Part shown: positions 1-12,462 of the stretch, in pieces
How the letters are laid out: every line of letters starts with the position of its first letter
How positions within the stretch are numbered: the stretch's first letter is position 1
Origin: Octopus vulgaris
Taxonomy: Eukaryota
DNA: 64,000 nt
Direction: 5' to 3'
Assembly: GCA_951406725.2 (NCBI GenBank)
Contig: OX597817.1
Span: 26,908,001 to 26,972,000, forward strand
The notes under the pieces: model-generated
Database searches by the model: none
Told to the model about the DNA's origin: nothing
What the model saw: the letters and a program-made list of their open reading frames with translations, nothing else
Made by a program: the position numbers and the translations under genes

Positions 1-126
1 TTTTTCTTAGCTGATTCATATGCCAACATATGTGATGTAGTCCCCCTTGTGGTTCTTTTCTAAGTTCAAACATTTCCAGCGTATTGAACAATGAGCTTTA
101 GGCACTAAAAATTTTAAACAATATGT

Positions 127-548
127 CCATCCGAGCGTGGCCGTTCACCAGCCTCGTCTGGCACCTGTGTCGGTGGCACATAAAAAACACCATCCGAGCA
201 TGGCCGTTCGCCAGCCTCGTCTGGCACCTGTGTTGGTGGCACATAAAAAACACCATCCGAGCGTGGCCGTTCGCCAGCCTCGTCTGGCACCTGTGTCGGT
301 GGCACATAAAAAACACCATCTGAGCGTGGCCGTTCGCCAGCCTTGTCTGGCACCTATGTCGGTGGCACATAAAACCACCCACTACACTCTCGGAGTGGTT
401 GGCATTAGGAAGAGTATCCAGCTGTAGAAACACTGCCAGATCTGATTGGCCTGGTGCAGCCTTCGGGCTTCCCAGACCCCAGTTGAACCGTCCAACCCAT
501 GCTAGCATGGAAAGCGGACGTTAAACGATGATGATGATGATGATGATG
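127..548 (+). mobile_element. SINE-like family A copy with 4 internal 63-bp tandem units and (GAT)n tail
   Basis: Units start at 127, 190, 253 and 316. They are followed by ggagtggttggcattaggaagagtatccagctgtagaaa (resembles the Meta-SINE domain, from recall) and the 3' end cccatgctagcatggaaagcggacgttaaacgatgatgatg. About 12 related copies occur in the window. Confidence 0.85.
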
Positions 549-1017
549 TCTATTGTTTTCCTAAAGTTTGTCAGCAGGTTTCTTAAGATTAGAAGCGTTT
601 TCATATCGACATCCTAGTCTTGCACTCTTTATTGAAGATCTCTCTGTATCTTCTATAATACACCTCAAAGGTAACTCCTTTGTCTGGTCCATACTTAAAT
701 CCCATTGTTGAGCTGGCAACATAATCTGGTGAGAACATATTTTCAGAGTTTTGAGATGACTTACTTTGCATTAATTGCAGCATTTTTTGTTGTAATAATA
801 ATTATTGTTGTTGTTGCTGTTGTTGGTTGTTCCTGCAGTTGTTGTTGCTGTTTCTGCAGTTCAAGCAAAATGGCCAACAAATCTTCCATAATTTTATGCT
901 TTTGTATACCGTAAAATTTGCCCAATATCTTTCGTGAGTTTCATAATGCCTTGTGAGTTTGCTTAATCCCTGTGGGTTTGCTTAATTCTTGTGAGTTTGT
1001 TAATTCCTCATCATCAC
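549..1017 (-). mobile_element. Gypsy-type LTR retrotransposon 5' internal region with decayed gag
   Basis: The minus strand encodes a Q/T-rich stretch then FKYGPDKGVTFEVYYRRYREIFNKECK, resembling invertebrate Gypsy gag N-termini (F.Y.P..G.TF..W..RY...F). A degenerate PBS-like gtgatgatgagga lies directly after the LTR. Confidence 0.65.
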
Positions 1018-1200
1018 TGTTGTAATCCATGTCAGATTTATAACGTCCACTCCAGTATAGCAGTATAATTAATTAGACAAGTAAGACACGACTATCTATG
1101 ACAGACTACCCCAACTTCTCAACCTCACAGTATTTGCAACAACTAGCACATACCACTCATCATGTGGGAGTAGTGTACTATTATTATTATCTCCATAACA
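1018..1200 (-). mobile_element. LTR (about 183 bp) of the Gypsy fragment
   Basis: Termini are TGTT...AACA, and it abuts the PBS-like sequence and gag remnant. Confidence 0.6.
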
Positions 1201-1980
1201 TATCCCTAATCCTTTTAATGTCTGTGATCTGGCAGAATCAGAATAAATAAATTATTTCTTTTTCTTTTCTATGCTTTATGTTCAAATCTGCTGAGGTCAA
1301 CAGCTATAGCAGTATCTGCCGCATATTTCAAACTAAAAACTCAAGAAAAAGACTGTTAAAAAAATTGTCAGACATACCAATGACTATACAACTGTATCTC
1401 TGTACATGGAGTTACAAAGAGAAACACTGGGAATAATGTAGATCCATGACTACTCCCCATACTATGATACATAGTTGAAAGCCTAGCTGCTACTTTTGTT
1501 TGGAGTAAAACTCACCTTAGAGCTGAATCTACAGAAGAAATAATTAATAACTAATAAATGAGTAAATAAATGAAGGAAATAAAATAAAAATAAAACATCA
1601 AAATAGAAACAACAGGGATCAACAGCAACAGCAAACCCATAATTTTCAGAGAATCAAGGGCCAAAAGTCTAAGGAGGACTAGTGAAATATCTGCATGAGC
1701 AGTACTACAAATAGATCTAGAATTAGATAACAGTATGAAACTGTAGTACTGCAATTTCAATATTCGATGCAGAAGTAAAAGCATTGTGTAACAATTTTTT
1801 TTTTGTTTTGTCATTAGTCAATGTTATTTCCTATTTGCATTTATCTAGAAATCAAAGGAAATGACTACTATTCCCTTCAAACTTTGCTTTTGTGACCTGG
1901 ATATCAACGTTTTGAAACTGACCTATTTTCCATTACACTTCAAACAGATCGAGCTATGAGTTGCTGAAGCAGAAATATCG

Positions 1981-2150
1981 TTATAGCAAATATGCTCAAT
2001 ACCACAGATTTGATTATCTGTTGTTTGACCTTAACCAGTTGAGCATGTCCCTTAGTAGCAGACAATATGTGCATCTCTGATCATGAGCAGAATTAGTGGG
2101 GGAGCATCAGAGCCATGTGTTGAGATGTATTCTTTTGCAGTTTGAATAAA
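1981..2150. repeat. Unclassified interspersed repeat F, partial copy
   Basis: Inverted match to about 59000-59176 (gaccttaaccagttgagcatgt...gtgcatctctgatca). Confidence 0.75.
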
Positions 2151-2856
2151 TGTAACGAATGCAAATTTTGAAGGCAATATTTACTATTTTTCATACTTTC
2201 TAGGGATTAGCAAATAGAAAATAACAGTCGCTACTCAAGGACAAAAGGCATGTTACATATTGTTATAATTACAGTTGCAAATTTACAAATGTTCATTGAA
2301 AATATGAAAGGAATAAAGAGAGAATAAATCAAAGAGAAAGGGATCAGCATAAAACAATGAAACCAGATGAGAAGGAACAATTATTTCCAGATGAAAATGG
2401 AACTCTCATAGGAAAACAACAAAGAAAACAAAAGAACAAATATGAACATGATTTATTATTCTTTGAAAATCAAACAAACAATCAGAAAATAAAATTAGCA
2501 ATTGTGGCGCCACAGACTTTCTAAGAAGTTATAAAGCAGTTAGGTACACTAATAACCAACATGCAAATAATAGATAATTAGTGAAATTGAAAATACAAAC
2601 CCAAAAGGGCTTATTCACAAGATAATCTTTTCAACACCAAATGTCTCGGAAAATGTTTACTGGTGCCTTCAGTTACAAAAGCACACAATTTTAGAAATTA
2701 TTTGTAAAACTGCATCATAGATTACCCTCACTCAAACTAGCTTGTAATCTTTTGTTTTATTTCTGCTGGGTGTTATAATGTGCCTTTTTCATGTATTTCC
2801 GTGTGAACTTGTGCAAGTATGTATACATATGTATATGTGTGTATACATATATATGC

Positions 2857-2887
<31 letters not shown>

Positions 2888-2893
2888 CATGTG

Positions 2894-2924
<31 letters not shown>

Positions 2925-2925
<1 letters not shown>

Positions 2926-3130
2926 ACGGGAAGGTTTACGAAAATAAACAAAAGACAAAGGCAGGTGAAGTACAAACAAACAAATGTATTAGTATGGCGC
3001 TCAGGAATAGAAATAGAACAATTCTTTTACGTTTCGAGCCTACGCTCTTCAACAGAAAGATACACAGAAAAGAAACAAGGAGAGAAACAAAGAGAGGAAA
3101 AAATGCATGTAGGAGCTAACGGTCCATTAC

Positions 3131-3132
<2 letters not shown>
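2925..3132 (-). mobile_element. About 200-bp microsatellite-embedded element carrying a minimal hammerhead (family HH-U6, copy 1)
   Basis: Flanked on both sides by (TA)n. Homologous to 15230-15400 and, inverted, to 55701-55890. Confidence 0.7.
3023..3060 (-). ncRNA. Minimal type I hammerhead ribozyme motif, A6U core variant
   Basis: Minus strand reads ucuuu CUGUUGA a gagc guag gcuc GAA acgu A aaaga: 5-bp stem I, 4-bp stem II, palindromic stem III, GUA site. Confidence 0.65.
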
Positions 3133-3207
<75 letters not shown>

Positions 3208-3679
3208 ATGTGTGTGTTCCTTTAAATTTCATCATACCTCCTTCTATATATTGCATAATGTCAAAATTCTCGGCAGATATTTCTCCTGGCTTTACATTCT
3301 GAGTTCAAATTCTACCAAGATTAACTTTGCTTATCATCATTTTGGAGTTGATAAAGTAAGTAGTAGCAGAAGAATTCTCTCACGTTAAATTTAAGGTCTT
3401 CTAGAAAGAATTATTTATATTTTTACCTTCATCATCATCATCATTGTCATCATCGTCATCATCATCATCATCATCATTATCATCATTATCATTACCACTG
3501 TTAGTTACATTTAATCTGCGTGAATTTGTTGCAGTCACATGCTGAGACACGTCCAGTACCCTAGAACAAGTGAAAGTTAAGAGACACTAATTATAGCCCC
3601 TCGGGAACAAGTCCTGTGAACATATCTGATAATGACAATGATCAACAAAACTCAGACAAACAGCAAATGAAAAAACTGT

Positions 3680-4315
3680 GGGAAAGAAGACGAAAGTATC
3701 AGTCACAACAGTGAATACAGTATACTAGTACAAAAGGAGTGTAGGCAAAAGAGTGCATTGAGATGTTAGCCAAGCATGTGGGTCCAAAACAATAGGAAAG
3801 TGGTATGAACACAAACCAATGACTATGATTGAAAATGAGAATTACAAGATCTTGTAGGATTTCCTAATAAAGACTGAAGCCAGACGACCAAATATGATTA
3901 TAGAGAACAAATTAAAGAAGGAGTATAAGATCAGAGATTTTGCAAGTCTTTCTTTACAATAGAGTCAGTATCAAAGAAATGGATGGGGGGGAAATGTGAA
4001 ATATCAAGATGTAGCAAGAGAGATGAGGAGACTGTGAAAGATCAGTGCCCCAGCATGGCCGCGGCCTTCAGGCTAAAACATTTTTAAGGATTTAAGGATA
4101 GTAATTGGTGCACTTGGCACAACATGCAAAATGCTACCTGAAAGACTGAAAGAGAATGGAATTGAAACTTGTATTGTCAACCTGCAGAAAAGTACTACCA
4201 TGTGTTCTGCAAGAATCTTACAAAAGACTCTTGAGGTTTGAGGAGACTTTGTCACCAAATACCATGATAAAATACCTGGTAAATGAATTAGCAGGCACTA
4301 GTGTAATAATAACAA
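3680..4315 (+). mobile_element. Decayed R4/Dong-type non-LTR retrotransposon 3' end (RLE endonuclease region)
   Basis: Translation with stops and frameshifts gives KWYEHKPMTMIENENYKIL*DF..EARRPNMII and VIGALGT...LQKST...SARILQKTLEV*, followed by a short TAA tail. Confidence 0.75.
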
Positions 4316-4346
4316 AAACAACAATAGTTATTATGATAGTCATTAT

Positions 4347-4446
4347 AAAGGTTTCAATTTTTCGTTCAATGCCAGCATTTTCAAGGGCGGGTAAGTCAAT
4401 GTAATCAACCCTAGTGTTCAGCTGGTACTTACTTTATCAGCCCTGG
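4347..4446 (-). mobile_element. SINE family C fragment
   Basis: Reverse complement of the gataaa..agtaccag...ggggtcgatgtaatcgac region. Confidence 0.6.
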
Positions 4447-4842
4447 TGACTTTCTCATTTCTCCTTCTGTTATTCTATCATCTTGCAGTGCTCCTAGATA
4501 TTTGTACCTGAAATTATTCCACAGGGCTGCAATGATGTCTCATAGCAATTTTATGCTATCAGAGTTTACTCTCCAGCCTATCTTCATAATTAGTACTATG
4601 CAGTTATTTACCCCAGGCTGCATTCCAATATCTTTACGGAATGCTCTCGCTGTTCGGATCGAAGAATTCAGGTTTGTCAAATTTTTTGTATATAGCTTGA
4701 GTTCATCCATGTAAAGTTGGTGACTTATTCTCATTTTGCACTTGGTAAACTTATAGGCAGGCCTGTATTTTCCCAGTATACTAGCCAGAGGAACTAGCAC
4801 CATGACAAAGAGTAATGGAGAAAGAGAAAGTATCTCTGGGGA
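4447..4842 (-). mobile_element. R4/Dong-type reverse transcriptase fragment
   Basis: SLSPLLFVMVLVPL...ISHQLYMDELKLY (YMDD-type motif)...DIGMQPGVNNC...YKYLG. Confidence 0.8.
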
Positions 4843-4871
4843 ATTAATATTATTATTATTATTATTATTAT

Positions 4872-5005
4872 TTTATTGTCTTTGCACAGTTTTTAACACT
4901 GGAAATGTACTACGGTGTCAGCTGTTCACTACCAGTGAACTACGGTAACACCTCTTATTTTTGGAGCACCATTCGGAGTATTGGAGCAATTCCAAGCTTA
5001 TTGTC
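4872..5005 (-). mobile_element. R4/Dong-type extreme 3' end within (TAA)n repeats
   Basis: LGIAPILRMVLQK* resembles the LGTARILRKVL ORF end. A short 3' UTR follows, with TAA-type repeats on both sides. Confidence 0.6.
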
Positions 5006-5036
5006 ATCATTACTACTACTACTACTACTACTGCTA

Positions 5037-5086
<50 letters not shown>

Positions 5087-5088
5087 CA

Positions 5089-5727
5089 AGGTGGTGAACT
5101 GTTAGAATCATTAGCAACCTAGGTGAAATGCTTAGCAGTATTTCGCTTGTCTTTACATTCTGAGTTCAAATTTTGCTGGGGTCAACTTTGCCTTTCATCC
5201 TTTCAGGGTCGATAAATTAAGTACCAGTGAAAGACTGGGGGGGGGTATCAATGTAATCGACTAGTCCCCTTCCAACAAATTTCAGGCCTTGTACCTTTAG
5301 TAGAAAAGGATTATTTTTATTATTACTTTACAGCAGCAAACTAGCAGAAATGTTAGTAGACTAGACAAAATGCATCTCATGCGTTTTTATGTTCTGAGTT
5401 CAAATGCCACCAATGTCAATTTTGCCATTCATTCTTTTGCAGTCAATGAAATAAGTACCAGTTGAATGCAGGGGTCAATACAATCGACTTTCTCACCGAC
5501 TCAGAATTGCTGGCCTTATACCAAAATAGGAAAGGATTATTGTTACTGACAGAATTGTTTGAGCACCAGATAAAATATATTGCATTATTTGTAGGTTATA
5601 GTTTGAGCTGAAATCCAGCAAATTTCAATCATGCCTTTCACTTTTTCAATAATATAAGTACCAGTCATGTACTGGATTCAATATAATTAACTAATCCCTC
5701 CTTCTGACAATTTCTGGGCGTTTGCTT
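5089..5727 (+). mobile_element. Three tandem SINE family C copies (Deu/Nin-like domain)
   Basis: Copies at about 5089-5310, 5331-5536 and 5548-5727, each with gagttcaaat (B-box-like) and a gcctttcatcctttc.gggtcgataaa..aagtaccag-like block. Confidence 0.75.
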
Positions 5728-5730
5728 TAG

Positions 5731-6131
5731 TTACTCTTTTACTTGTTTCAGTCATTTGACTGCAGCCATGCTGGAGCACCGCCTTTAGTCAAACAAATTG
5801 ACCCTGGGACTTATTCTTTGTAAGCCCAGTACTTATTCTATCGGTCTCTTTTGCCAAACCGCTAAGTGACGGGGACGTAAACACACCAGCATCGGATGTC
5901 AAGCAATGCTAGGGGGACAAACACAGACACACAAACATACACACAGACACACATATATATATACATATATACGACAGGCTTCTTTCTGTTTCCGTCTACC
6001 AAATCCACTCACAAGGCTTTGGTCGGCCCGAGGCTATAGCAGAAGACACTTGCCCAAGATGCCATGCAGTGGGACAGAACCTGGAACCATGTGGTTGGTT
6101 AGCAAGCTACTTACCACACAGCCACTCCTGC
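5731..6131 (-). mobile_element. SINE family B, full-length
   Basis: tRNA-like head gcaggagtggctgtgtggtaag, CORE-like cttgggcaagtg, internal (TA)/(TG) tract and (AGTAAAAG)n tail. Confidence 0.85.
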
Positions 6132-6716
6132 TCAAACAATATTAGTAGAAAGAAAATTTACCATATAGTGTGAGAACACAAGTAACATTTCCACCAAGAA
6201 CGGTTAAAGGCGAACTTTAGAGAGATATAGAATATTTACATGAAAACAGAAAATAGGCATCTTACCTTGAACCAGTCAGACTATAATTATAATCATCACC
6301 ATCATTTAACATCCATTGGCTATGCTGGCATGTGTTATCAAAGTCAATGACTCCTATGTACACCTGTTTCTTGCCACTTTTCTTTGTGTGTTCTTCATTT
6401 ATCCTCTTCTTTCTTCTGTTCTAGAATTCATTCTTCATATATGCATTTATTATTTATCTTCTCAAAGATGACACTTGAATACAATATACAGTAAAAGGAT
6501 ATTACTGGCAGCAACGTAGTTTAAATACAACAAAACAAATAAGCTGTATACAATGGTACATTACAGAATGCTAAGTCTTAAGAATATATTCTTGCTTAAA
6601 ACAGATTTCAATAATATTAAGAAGAGCTATTTTTTTTATATGTAAGAGACATTGATCTCATTAAGACCTTGGTAAGAATAAATACATAATTGGTAATAAC
6701 ATCTTCACCAATCCTA

Positions 6717-6930
6717 AGGCAACGAGCTGGAAGAATCGTTTGCACACCAGGCAGCACACTTAGCAGCACTTTGTCTGTCTTTATGTTCTGAGTTCCAATT
6801 CTGCCAAGGTCGGCTTTGCCTTTTATCCTTTCAGGGTTGATAAAATAAGTATCAATTGATCCCTGGGATGGATGCAATTGACTTATTCTTACCCCTGAAT
6901 TTGCTGACCTGGTGCCAAAATTTGGAACCA
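6717..6930 (+). mobile_element. SINE family C copy
   Basis: gagctggaagaatcg...gagttccaattctgccaaggtcggctttgccttttatcctttcagggttgataaaataagta. Confidence 0.75.
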
Positions 6931-7883
6931 ATATCTTCAATAATCCTCTTAACCCTTTCCTGAATTCTAGTGATCCATATGATCTGGTGTTTTGCCTCAC
7001 ATTAAGCAGATGTGAGATAAATCTCTCCTGGAAAGGACTCTGTTCTACTGCTGATAACTTCCCCAATAGAGAAATCAATTTTTGCTCTTATTAGCTAGAA
7101 GTTGATGAATCCCTTGTTAAATCAACTGTGCTACCTTTACTCGGTGTAGTAAAGTATTCTTAACTCAGTAGTACCTATCTACAGGTAGTTGGTTTGAATC
7201 AGCTGACTGCTTGAGTGTCTGACATTGATATAATTCTAAGAACGATATGATCCAGCATACTCTCAGCTGGTTACAAACAGTAAGCTAAGGGAATTATCTC
7301 AAGTGGACTTGATTTTAAATAATGATGGTATTGTTGGGGATGATGTAGTGCATCACACACACACAGAATCTAAATGAATTGCAATTTGTCTCTTAATTGA
7401 AGAAAATTTCTAATTCATCAAGAATCATTTTGTATCTGTCTCTCAGTTGGTTGCAACTGCCCTATTCATATGACCATCTGAAACCTCTTTTGAGAAGGTA
7501 CAAATCTAATCTATGTTAGGCTGGTGTATTGTCATTTGAAATGACTTTAGAGTATCTGCATGCAGAACAAACAAGGAAGAAATTAAATGCTTTCTGGAAC
7601 TCTCTTGGTGTTCTACTATTTCTCTCACATTCCTGCAAGATACTAAAGTTAATAATGTTAAATTAAAGGATGTTAACTGACATTATTAGAGATAATTGAC
7701 TTGTTAAGGATGTCTAGATTGATAATAAGATAAACAAGAAGAGCCTATTAAAATGGAATAAATTGAAACATCAAGGGAGTTCGAGTGGATATTAACGTAC
7801 GAAAATCTTGGGCTAAACTAAAGTGTAAATGTTGTTTTAAATGCAAATAACTCTAACAAAATTGTATTTTATTATATTTTTAA

Positions 7884-8092
7884 CCCTTTATGTGTAAAAT
7901 CAAATTCCATGGTTATTCCACTTGTGATAATCCAAAAAATAGTGTTGGGATTTCTGCAAATCACGTTGTCTCATTAAACTTGATATAGCTTAATGAAACG
8001 TGACATTACTCAATAAAAGATAGATTGGTATATAAAACTCCTTTCCACAGTAAAGGGTAATGAAATTTTGAGTGGTTTCTGCTGTAAAAGGG
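7884..8092. mobile_element. piggyBac-like MITE
   Basis: Ends are TTAA|CCCTTT...AAAGGG|TTAA, with a central imperfect palindrome at about 7961-8003. Confidence 0.6.
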
Positions 8093-8196
8093 TTAATGAC
8101 ATTTTATTCAGTCACAAAGGATCATACGTGTGTTTGGCATCTTGCATCACTCTATAGTTTGAGTTCAAATTCTACCTAGGTCTAGTTTACTTACTA

Positions 8197-8843
8197 ACAA
8201 GCCTATGCAAAGAGTATGGAGCAGAGTTATGAGCCACACACAAGTGTACGAGTGGTTCAGACGTTTCCAAGATGGCTGAAAAAAATGTTGATAGTGACGA
8301 ACATTCTGGGAGACCTGAAACCAGCAGAACTGAGAAAAATATTGCATATGTGAAGGGAAATCGTTGAATCACCATCCATGAGTTATCAGAGTATGTGCAG
8401 ATTGGTTATGGTTCAGTTCAGTCCATTATCCCTGAAGATTTGTGTATGAGATGCATGTCTGCCAAGTTTATGCCAAAATTGTTTTCAGATGACCAAAAAG
8501 ACACTTGGGTTTCAGTTGCACAAGATCTACTTGATTGCATTAAGAATGATAAAAACTTTTTTGAAAATTTGCGTAAGCCTTTGAGCAGGTATCACCAAGC
8601 TTTTGGCAAAATTTGATGCAGATTCTCTGTTCAACTTTCTCTGTGACGATCAATGCAACGATCCCATGCTACACACCTTCCTTCCAAGCTCTGCTGTAAG
8701 CAGTGGAAGTGAGCTAGAACCTTAAAACTTAGTGCACATGCACAGCAGTGTTCAAGGTCAATTTGTGTCAAATGGCTTTACTCTGTGTGCTTTAGCTTCA
8801 TTACTATGGCAACAGTTCGAATACTTACTGATCAGATCTCGTA
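8197..8843 (+). mobile_element. mariner-derived non-autonomous element: transposase N-terminus then an inverted 5' end with TIR
   Basis: Plus strand: MSHTQVYEWFRRFQDG*KNVDSDEHSGRP...ITIHELSE...MRCMSAKFMPKL. 8566-8843 on the minus strand: TIR tacgagatctgatcagtaagtattcgaactg, then TEKVEQRICIKFCQKLGDTC. Confidence 0.85.
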
Positions 8844-9687
8844 CTCACTAAAGTAGTGCCCCAGCATGACTACAACACAATGACTGAAACAAGTAAAAGA
8901 TAAACGGTAACAAATACTTATTTCTATGAGCTTAGGATACCACAAACATGCACTAGACTAAAACATTCAGTGTAAGGATTTCTCTCTGCTCCTCATAAAT
9001 CTTTTATAATACCACCTAACCTACAATACTCTTATATCAAAACCAAAGCAAAAACGAATGAATATGTGTCTATGTGTGTGTGTGTGACTTGAAGGTTATT
9101 GATTTCATTTGACTTAAACAGAGAATTTCCCATATCAACCACCATGGGAAATAATCAATGCATGCCACTTTGATCTTGCTACACTAGGTATTGTTCTCTC
9201 ATTGATTCAATCCCAGTTTATCTTCAGCAAATCTTACCAGATAGCAAATCTTACTAGATAGATGCTCACATACTGTCTCATTCTATTATTATTATCATTA
9301 TTATTTTTTTTTTTTTGTTAAACCTGATTTATTTAATCAGATCTGAAGATGAGAATTTTACCGCTTGGTCAAGTAAATCTGATCATTGTTAAAAAATTAT
9401 ACTGGTCATTAGTCGCAACTATGACAGAACTCAAACATTTTTGTTGGTGTCATCTTTAGCTAAGTACTAAAGAAAATGCTTGAAGAGTATGGATGTCATT
9501 TAACTACTGAACTGGTTTTTATTGAAACACAGATTTGATAAAGTCAATTACAAGGAATGAAAGTATATAATAAGAACTCTTAATTAAAACATTCTTAAGT
9601 AGTAAGTTTGATAAATAATCTGGGCACAAAATGATTATCATAAGAATCTTAATCTTTTAATTTCTCACACTTACTATCCCACAAGGT

Positions 9688-9989
9688 AAAGGCACATGGC
9701 CTAGGGGTTAGAGCAGCAGATTCTTGGTCAAGGGATGATGGGTTAGAATCTCAGGTCGGGCAATGTGTGTGTTTATGAGAGAAAACACCTAAGCTCTATG
9801 CGGCTCTGGCAGAAGGTAATGGCAAACTTCTGCTGACTCTTTTGTAACAACTTTCTCTCACTCTTTCCTCCTGCATCTGGCAGCTCACCTGCGACGGACC
9901 GGCGTCCCATCCAGGTGGGGAACCTATACACTAAAGAAACTGGGAAACCGGCCCTATGAGCCAGGAATGGCTCGAGAAGGAACAAACAA
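9688..9989 (+). mobile_element. SINE family D head with V-domain-like tail
   Basis: Degenerate tRNA-like head, cctgcgacggaccggcgtcccatccaggtgggg, and AACA tail. Same type as 51088-51402. Confidence 0.75.
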
Positions 9990-10548
9990 TTATCTCCCAA
10001 GAGTTCACTTCCCAGCCTCAAGGTTTGGGATTCAGTTCTGTCGCGTAAACCCTTGGGCATGTGTCTTCTAAAGCCCACAGCTGACCAATATCATGTGAAT
10101 GGATTTGGTAGATGGAAATTGTGTGAAATCTTTTCTAAACTGATATGCATTTTTGTGTGTTTGTGTGTGTTAATTTGTATCTACAGGAATATTCTCTTGA
10201 TGAGAAGGGTGGAACCCTTTTGGTTCCTAACTTCGAAATTGCAATAGAGGACTAACGTTTTATTTTCATTTAAGTTTTGAATCTCGTGTCACATCACCTG
10301 CTGACAGCTTTTATTGTGAAGAGATATGATATGAGTGGTTATCGTGGCTTTATAGCAGTTTTGACTGCTATTTCTAGACATGTAAGGGATTTTGCAACTC
10401 TCTCCGTTATAATTGTGATTTATTCACAATTATACTTTTCTTTTATGAAAAAATTTTTTGATTGCATGTTCTGGCCACTGATATATTCATAAATAATTTT
10501 GAATTGATTACGCTATATCCTTCGTAATCTATTTCTACATTCCTCTGT

Positions 10549-10621
<73 letters not shown>

Positions 10622-10744
10622 CAGACAGACAGAGACAGAGACAAACAATTCACGGATGGACAGACAGACACACAGCTAGATAGATAGATATTTGTGTGTG
10701 TTCACGTGCAAGCATGTCTTTGAGTTTGTTCACTAACCAGTTGG

Positions 10745-11200
10745 CATCAGCATCATCATCCTTCAATGTCTGTTTTCCATGTTGGCATGGGTCGGATGGT
10801 TTGACAGGAGCCGACCAGCTTAAGTGCTGCTCAGGCTTCATGTCTATTTTTGCACGGTTTCTCCAGCTGGATGCCCTTCCTAATGCCAACCACTTTACAG
10901 AGTGTACTGGGAGCCTTTACACAGCACTGGCATGAGTGGTTTCTATTTGGAACACACACCTACGAACCCACAAGATTAGGGATGCTCAACTCGAGAGGGT
11001 TGCAGGAGATTTTTACAGCTGGATGCTCTTCCTAATATTAACCACTCAGCAGAGTGGACTTAATGCTTTTTATGTGGCACAAGCACAAGCAAGTGGCAAG
11101 GTTTTTTATAGTTGGATGCCCTTCCAAACACCAACCACTTTACAGTGTGGACTGGGTGCTTTTAAGAGGCACCTGCACTGACAGTGTCACGAAGTACTTG
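10745..11200 (-). mobile_element. Family A diverged copy plus two additional partial cores
   Basis: cagctggatgcccttcctaat-like core is repeated at about 10864, 11016 and 11110, with a (CAT)n tail at 10745. Confidence 0.65.
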
Positions 11201-11499
11201 CAAGACACAAGAAAAAGAAATACTTTCAAGTATGAAAGGGCACTGGAGGAGGTGATCTTGTGTCAGATGAGGAAAGTTTAGAGTGAGACAGAGAGACAAA
11301 AACAGGTGTCTTGTTGCAGAGGAAGTATAAAGTTACCCAGCCGGAGAGAGAGAGAGAGATGGGGGGAGTAAGTTCACGAATAAAGATAGAAATAGGTGCG
11401 CTATTGTTATTAAAATTAAAATTATCCAAAAACACCAATTCTAGCCACTTTTTCAAATATATAATACTATACCCAAAACTTTCATTTTTTTTTATTCTA

Positions 11500-11647
11500 C
11501 TATATATATATATACATACATATATATATATATATAGAGAGAGAGACAGAGACAGAGACAGACAGAGGCAGACTGACAGACAGAGGCAGAGATAGAGTGA
11601 CAGGCAGATAGATATAGATAGGTAGATAGACAGACAGGCAGGCAGGC

Positions 11648-11697
<50 letters not shown>

Positions 11698-11800
11698 TTA
11701 GATAGATAGATAGATAGATAGATAGACAGATAGATAGACATATAGATAGACAGATAGATAGACATATAGATAGACAGATAGATAGACAGACAGACAGACG

Positions 11801-11838
<38 letters not shown>

Positions 11839-11919
11839 TAGATAGATAGACAGACAGAGAGACAGACAGAGAGACAGACAGGCAAGCAGACATGCAGGCA
11901 GACAGACAGACAGATAGGC

Positions 11920-11990
<71 letters not shown>

Positions 11991-12005
11991 AAGATAGACA
12001 CACAC
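11500..12005. repeat. Compound microsatellite (TA)/(GA)/(GACA)/(GATA)
   Basis: Direct reading. Confidence 0.95.
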
Positions 12006-12409
12006 ATGTATTCATAGAAATATAGAATAATGTTATTTCATTATTTGTAAGCTTGATTTATTCCAGTGTGTGGTTCAATTAGTGGTGTATTATAACAGGA
12101 GGCTCCATGGCAAAAAGTTTGGTTGCCTTCAGCTACAAAAAAAAAAAAAAAAAATCGGAAAAGAAAGGGAAAAGAAAAAGAGAATGGTTCAGAGATAAAT
12201 CTGTCTGTACAATAAAGATACACTAAAAATATATTTGGTTGATTAATTGAGGACATAGACATTTATTTAAGGATAGATACAATACACAAGTTGATGTAGT
12301 ATCTAAGGATAGGCTCAACACAAAATAATACACTAGAGTGTTATTTTTACTGCCTTCTTGTTTCATTCTGTCATTTCCATTGCATCTCTCTTTCTCCCGT
12401 AATCTCATG

Positions 12410-12416
12410 ATGTGTG

Positions 12417-12462
<46 letters not shown>

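Noticed and set aside
98-508. ORFs with 21-aa repeats, and a CRISPR-like look of the 63-bp array
   Set aside because: The units are near-identical throughout, with no unique spacers and no cas genes. The ORFs are by-products of family A repeats.
1699-1752. 11-bp hairpin gcagtactaca / tgtagtactgc
   Set aside because: The stem is too short for a pre-miRNA, it is single-copy here, and it is plausibly chance.
6931-7650. Non-repetitive, coding-looking stretch including LPYSYDHLKPLL (faintly like a Fe/Mn-SOD N-terminus)
   Set aside because: The frames I read contain stops, no further SOD motifs were found, and the donor site is weak. Probably chance.
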